This document shows positions 59,953-64,000 of a stretch of DNA of 64,000 bases, in pieces (the stretch's first letter is position 1; each line of letters opens with the position of its first letter). The stretch is from Gammaproteobacteria bacterium (GTDB lineage Bacteria > Pseudomonadota > Gammaproteobacteria > GCA-001735895), in the NCBI GenBank assembly GCA_024232855.1, contig JAAEPH010000312.1, positions 1,091 through 65,090 on the forward strand, written 5' to 3'. The notes below the pieces were generated by a model. That model was given only the letters and a program-made list of their open reading frames with translations. It did no database searches and was not told the origin of the DNA. The position numbers were made by a program, and so were the translations under genes.

Positions 59953-60729
59953 TTAGTGCGCGAGTATCTGGCTCAGGAACAGCTGGGTGCGCTCGTGTTG
60001 CGGGTTGTCGAAGAATTCATGCGGATTGTTCTCTTCGATAATTTCCCCGCCGTCCATGAAGATGACGCGGTTGGCGACCGTTTTAGCGAAGCCCATTTCG
60101 TGGGTCACGCACAACATCGTCATGCCTTCCTGCGCGAGCTCGATCATGACGTCGAGCACTTCCTTGATCATCTCCGGGTCGAGCGCCGAGGTCGGCTCAT
60201 CGAACAGCATGATGCGCGGATTCATGCACAGTGAGCGGGCGATGGCCACGCGCTGTTGTTGTCCGCCGGACAGCTGCCCGGGGAACTTGTCAGCCTGCTC
60301 CGGAATCTTGACCCGCTCGAGGTACTTCATCGCGGTAGCCTCGGCTTCCTTGCGCGGTATCTGCTTCACCCAGATCGGCGCCAGCGCGCAATTCTCCAGT
60401 ACCGTCAGATGTGGAAACAGGTTGAAATGCTGAAAGCACATACCGACTTCGCGACGGATCGCATCGATATTTTTCAAATCGTTGGTCAACTCGACATTGT
60501 CGACAATGATATCGCCCTGCTGGTGTTCCTCGAGCCGGTTGATGCAACGAATCAAGGTTGATTTCCCGGAACCGGAAGGGCCACAGATTACGATTCTCTC
60601 GCCCCGATAAACATCGAGATTGACGTTTTTGATGACATGAAAAGAACCATACCACTTGTGCATTTCCTTGATTTTGATGACCAGCTCATCGGATACTTCA
60701 AGCTTTGGAGCTTCTGATTGACTACTCAT
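59953..60729 (-). CDS. Polar amino-acid ABC transporter ATP-binding protein
   Basis: Walker [10 protein letters not shown], signature [13 protein letters not shown], Walker [11 protein letters not shown]. Confidence 0.92.
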   Translation of the reverse strand: MSSQSEAPKLEVSDELVIKIKEMHKWYGSFHVIKNVNLDVYRGERIVICGPSGSGKSTLIRCINRLEEHQQGDIIVDNVELTNDLKNIDAIRREVGMCFQHFNLFPHLTVLENCALAPIWVKQIPRKEAEATAMKYLERVKIPEQADKFPGQLSGGQQQRVAIARSLCMNPRIMLFDEPTSALDPEMIKEVLDVMIELAQEGMTMLCVTHEMGFAKTVANRVIFMDGGEIIEENNPHEFFDNPQHERTQLFLSQILAH

Positions 60730-60751
60730 AAATTTATATCCTGGTTAACTT

Positions 60752-61876
60752 TTAATGTCCGGTATGGAGTTTCTTTTCTAGATAAAGCGAGTACCGTGCC
60801 ATCGAGAAGCAGGATACAAAGAAAAAGATCGCGACGAACACGTAAATCTCTGTCGACAGACCCTGCCACTTGGTATCGGCCAGCGATGCACGTCCCATAC
60901 CGAGCGGATCGAACAGGCCAATAATGATGACGAGAGTAGTATCTTTATACAGGCCGATGAAGGTATTCACGATCCCGGGGATCGAAATCTTCAGGGCCTG
61001 TGGCAAAATAATCAATCGCATCGATTGCCAGTATTTCAATCCCATCGAGTCGGCGGCCTCGATCTGCCCCTTGGGTATGGCCTGTAAACCACCTCTGATG
61101 ACCTCGGCAATATAGGCCGACGAAAACAGTGTCACCATGATCAATACGCGCAGCAGAAGGTCGAAGGTCGTACCCGGTGGTAGAAAATAATTCAACATGG
61201 TCGAGGCGACAAACAGCAGCGTTATCAGCGGTACACCGCGGATGAACTCGATAAACGCAACGCAGACCATGCGCAACGCGGGCATGTGAGACTGCCGTCC
61301 GAGCGCGAGCGCGATACCGATGGGTAAGGAACCGACAATACCGGTAACACCGATGGTAAGCGTGAGCATGAATCCGCCGAACTTGTCGGTGGGCACCGGT
61401 GTAAGACCCATGCCACCAATCAACAGCCAGCAAATGATGACCGGTGCAATTAACGAATACCATAACCCGAGCTTGCGATTGGGAATATTATCAAACAGTA
61501 CCGGGACCAGTGCGGCGATCATCATGATGAATGACAGGTTGACACGCCAACGCTCTTCCACGGGATAAAACCCGTAAACAAATATCTGGAAGCGTTTACC
61601 GATAAAAGCCCAGCAAGCCCCCAGCTCTTCGCCGGCCGCCTTGGCGATGGCGCGGCAATCGTCGCGCGAGTCGGCCGAGAATACCGCGTCGAAGAAAATC
61701 CAGTTCAGCATCGGTGGCAGGATGATGTAGAGGAGATAAATCGTCAGCACGGTAACGACGATGTTGGTGGTTGAAGAAAACAGGTTGTGGCGAATCCAGC
61801 CGATAACGCCGACTTCCGTGGCCGGAGGCGGCAGGTCGGGGTGTTCGCCCGCGATGTGAGATATTTCAGTACTCAT
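60752..61876 (-). CDS. Amino-acid ABC transporter permease (AapM/YhdY-like)
   Basis: His/Glu/Gln/Arg/opine-family permease with the EAA-loop region ...IEAADSMGL.... Confidence 0.85.
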   Translation of the reverse strand: MSTEISHIAGEHPDLPPPATEVGVIGWIRHNLFSSTTNIVVTVLTIYLLYIILPPMLNWIFFDAVFSADSRDDCRAIAKAAGEELGACWAFIGKRFQIFVYGFYPVEERWRVNLSFIMMIAALVPVLFDNIPNRKLGLWYSLIAPVIICWLLIGGMGLTPVPTDKFGGFMLTLTIGVTGIVGSLPIGIALALGRQSHMPALRMVCVAFIEFIRGVPLITLLFVASTMLNYFLPPGTTFDLLLRVLIMVTLFSSAYIAEVIRGGLQAIPKGQIEAADSMGLKYWQSMRLIILPQALKISIPGIVNTFIGLYKDTTLVIIIGLFDPLGMGRASLADTKWQGLSTEIYVFVAIFFFVSCFSMARYSLYLEKKLHTGH

Positions 61877-61877
61877 C

Positions 61878-63071
61878 TTAGCGCTCCACCAGTTTCATAC
61901 GTTTGTTATACCAGTTCATAAACGCCGATATCATCAACGAAAAGGCCAGGTAAATAGCCAGTACGATGGTCATACACTCCATTTCGCGCCCCGTCTGATT
62001 CAAGGATATTCCGCCGATGGTCGCGACAATATCCATGTATCCGATCGCAATCGCGAGCGACGAATTCTTGGTGATGTTGAGATACTGACTGGAAAGCGGA
62101 GGAATGATGACACGCAAGGCCTGCGGAATGATAACCAACTGCATGGTGCGGCTGGGCTTGATGCCGAGCGCGAACGCGGCCTCGGTCTGGCCGTGACTGA
62201 TAGCCTGGATACCGGCACGTACAATTTCCGCGATGAAGGCAGCAGTATACAGCGACAAAGCTATCCACAGGGCCACAAATTCAGGCCTTAAGACCAGCCC
62301 GCCCTTGAAGTTAAAACCTTTGAGCGCGGGATATTCAAGGTTAATCGGTGAACCGGCCAGAAAATAGACGAGGATCGGAAAGACAATGATCGCCCCCAGG
62401 CTGATGAAGAAAACGGGGTATATTTTACCGGTCCCGTCCTGAACTTTCTTGGCATAACCTTTAAACCAGATGGTGAACCCAATGCCGATTACGAAAGCAA
62501 TCAATACCGCCCACATGGCGGGTTCAAACAAGGGTTTAGGCGTATAAAAGCCGCGATTGGTCAGGAACAGGGCGCCGTCGAAGGCCATCAACGCGTTTTT
62601 CGGGATGGGCAGCGTATTCACGACGATCCCGTGTACCAGCAGGATATGGAGTAACACCGGCACGTTGCGCACGTATTCGATGTAAACGTAGACGACGCGG
62701 TTGATCAGCCAGTTGCTGGACAGGCGTAACACGCCGAGCAGAAAGCCGACAATGGTCGAGAGAATAATGCCGGCGACCGCAACCAGCAGGGTATTAATTA
62801 TGCCGACTACGGCAGCTCGCCAGTGCGGGCTTTGAGAGTTGTACTCGATCAGGGTTTGATTGATATCGTAGTTCGAAGCATCCCAAAGGAAGTTAAAGCT
62901 ATAACCCTTTCCGATGGTTTCAAGGTTTGTGATTGCGTTGCTGACAATGAAAAAGAAAAAGGCGATGATCAAGGCCATCGTAATAACCTGTATCGTGACT
63001 GAACGCAGCTCCTTGTCAAAAAACAGGCTATAGAAAAGTGATGGATTGCCGGATTTGGTTGCTTCCGTCAT
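61878..63071 (-). CDS. Amino-acid ABC transporter permease (AapQ/YhdX-like)
   Basis: Polytopic permease with the EAA-like loop ...QTEAAFALGIKPSRTMQLVIIPQAL. Confidence 0.85.
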   Translation of the reverse strand: MTEATKSGNPSLFYSLFFDKELRSVTIQVITMALIIAFFFFIVSNAITNLETIGKGYSFNFLWDASNYDINQTLIEYNSQSPHWRAAVVGIINTLLVAVAGIILSTIVGFLLGVLRLSSNWLINRVVYVYIEYVRNVPVLLHILLVHGIVVNTLPIPKNALMAFDGALFLTNRGFYTPKPLFEPAMWAVLIAFVIGIGFTIWFKGYAKKVQDGTGKIYPVFFISLGAIIVFPILVYFLAGSPINLEYPALKGFNFKGGLVLRPEFVALWIALSLYTAAFIAEIVRAGIQAISHGQTEAAFALGIKPSRTMQLVIIPQALRVIIPPLSSQYLNITKNSSLAIAIGYMDIVATIGGISLNQTGREMECMTIVLAIYLAFSLMISAFMNWYNKRMKLVER

Positions 63072-63160
63072 TTTAAGTATGTCCCCGGAAAATCAGTCAT
63101 CTCGTATCGCCTTGATATAGTGAAGCGGCGGTCGTAAAACCGCCGCTTCATTACTACAGT

Positions 63161-64000
63161 TTAACGAACCGGAGGTGCGTAAAGAATGCCACCATTAGTC
63201 CATTGGGCGTTCAAGCCGCGAGCGAGGCCCAGCGGTGTATTGACACCGATGTTGCGCTCGAAAATCTCACCGTAGTTGCCTACCGCGGAAATCGCGCGTA
63301 CCGCCCATTGCTTGTCGAGTCCGATCATTTCGCCAAATTTGCCCTCGGTACCAACCATACGGTTAATATCCACGTTACTACCGGCTTTATTGGCGTGACC
63401 CTTGACATTGGCCTGGGTGATTCCCGCTTCCTCGGCCGCGATCAGAACATTCAACACCCAACGGGTAACGTCAGCCCATTCATCGTCGCCCTGACGAACG
63501 GCTGGCCCGAGGGGTTCCTTGGAAATAATTTCCGGTAGAATCACATGAGCGCTCGGGTGCTCGAAAGTAGCACGCGTAGCGGCCAGACCTGACGCGTCCG
63601 TGGTGTAAACGTCGCAACGTCCTGCGAGGTAGTTTACTTGCCCTTCTTCGTTGGTCTCGATCGCTACCGGCTCGTAACTCATCTTGTTCGCACGAAAATA
63701 GTCGGCGAGATTCAACTCGGTCGTAGTACCTGTCCCGATGCAGACCGAAGCGCCGTCGAGTTGTTTGGAGGAGGTTACGCCGAGCGCCTTGGGCACCATG
63801 AAACCTTGACCATCGTAGTAGTTGACACCCAGAAATGTCAGTTTCAGATCCACGTCGCGACTCATGGTGATGGTGGTGTTGCGATAAAGCAAATCACCTT
63901 CGCCTGAGTTCAACACGGTAAAACGAGTCTTACCGGTAGTCGGGATAAACTTGACCTTATTCGGGTCCCCCAGCACAGCGGCGGCGGTTGCTCGACAAAA
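63161..64000 (-). CDS. Periplasmic general L-amino-acid-binding protein (AapJ/YhdW-like), 5' end beyond the window
   Basis: The frame stays open to the window edge (...AAAVLGDPNKVKF). Solute-binding protein family 3 conservation. Confidence 0.8.
   Translation of the reverse strand, partial: FCRATAAAVLGDPNKVKFIPTTGKTRFTVLNSGEGDLLYRNTTITMSRDVDLKLTFLGVNYYDGQGFMVPKALGVTSSKQLDGASVCIGTGTTTELNLADYFRANKMSYEPVAIETNEEGQVNYLAGRCDVYTTDASGLAATRATFEHPSAHVILPEIISKEPLGPAVRQGDDEWADVTRWVLNVLIAAEEAGITQANVKGHANKAGSNVDINRMVGTEGKFGEMIGLDKQWAVRAISAVGNYGEIFERNIGVNTPLGLARGLNAQWTNGGILYAPPVR

Overview
This is a high-GC chromosomal window (~60% GC by eye) that looks gammaproteobacterial and is densely packed with housekeeping genes. 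Several neighbourhoods match E. coli (yffB-dapE, dusB-fis, fxsA-groES, yadGH-like, ampD), while dapC and a CIRCE element on groESL are more Xanthomonadales-like.

Recognisable content, in order along the window:
- The 3' end of a GGDEF diguanylate cyclase.
- A NUDIX hydrolase, then mtnP-hpt, an MscS-family channel, nagZ-ispF, ctaA, an M48 peptidase and an SH3-domain protein.
- A divergent alpha/beta-hydrolase + PlsB-like acyltransferase pair.
- The succinylase-branch DAP genes dapC-dapD-(yffB remnant)-dapE, followed by gluQ.
- A complete ccmABCDEFGHI cytochrome c maturation operon on the minus strand, with the tiny ccmD missing from the ORF track.
- A CDF cation-efflux transporter and an MFS transporter.
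- A Lon-like protease with a degenerate Walker A, paired with an unknown partner.
- An acyl-CoA transferase.
- groES-groEL with a perfect CIRCE plus sigma32 and sigma70 promoters, then fxsA.
- A DsbD with a tandem-duplicated N-terminal domain, followed by a TlpA-family protein.
- aroQ-accB-accC, prmA, a DUF3426-type zinc-ribbon protein, SulP, dusB-fis and purH-purD.
- A PhoPQ-like two-component pair, a glycine-zipper outer-membrane protein, an ABC-2 exporter pair, a TatD-family hydrolase, bpt, ampD, and a four-gene polar-amino-acid ABC operon that runs off the right edge.

I found no tRNA, rRNA or CRISPR.

The unusual material is:
- A ~3 kb block (26.4-29.2 kb) of apparently decayed cell-envelope genes. 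It holds a TlpA-like thioredoxin with a frameshift at a homopolymer, two tandem OMP beta-barrel paralogs (the upstream one lacks a signal peptide), an orphan exbD with no exbB, and a TonB/TolA-like N-terminus followed in another frame by a thioredoxin-fold fragment.
- An AT-rich islet (10.6-11.7 kb) with a strong orphan terminator, a small ORF or gene remnant, and two small ORFs in the same frame separated by a single TAG.
- At least four dispersed palindromic or MITE-like repeat families, each present in two copies within the window.
- A 0.94 kb non-coding tract downstream of groEL.

Nothing here can be called a defence or mobile system with confidence from sequence alone. The Lon-like protease operon and the decayed envelope block are the best candidates for follow-up.
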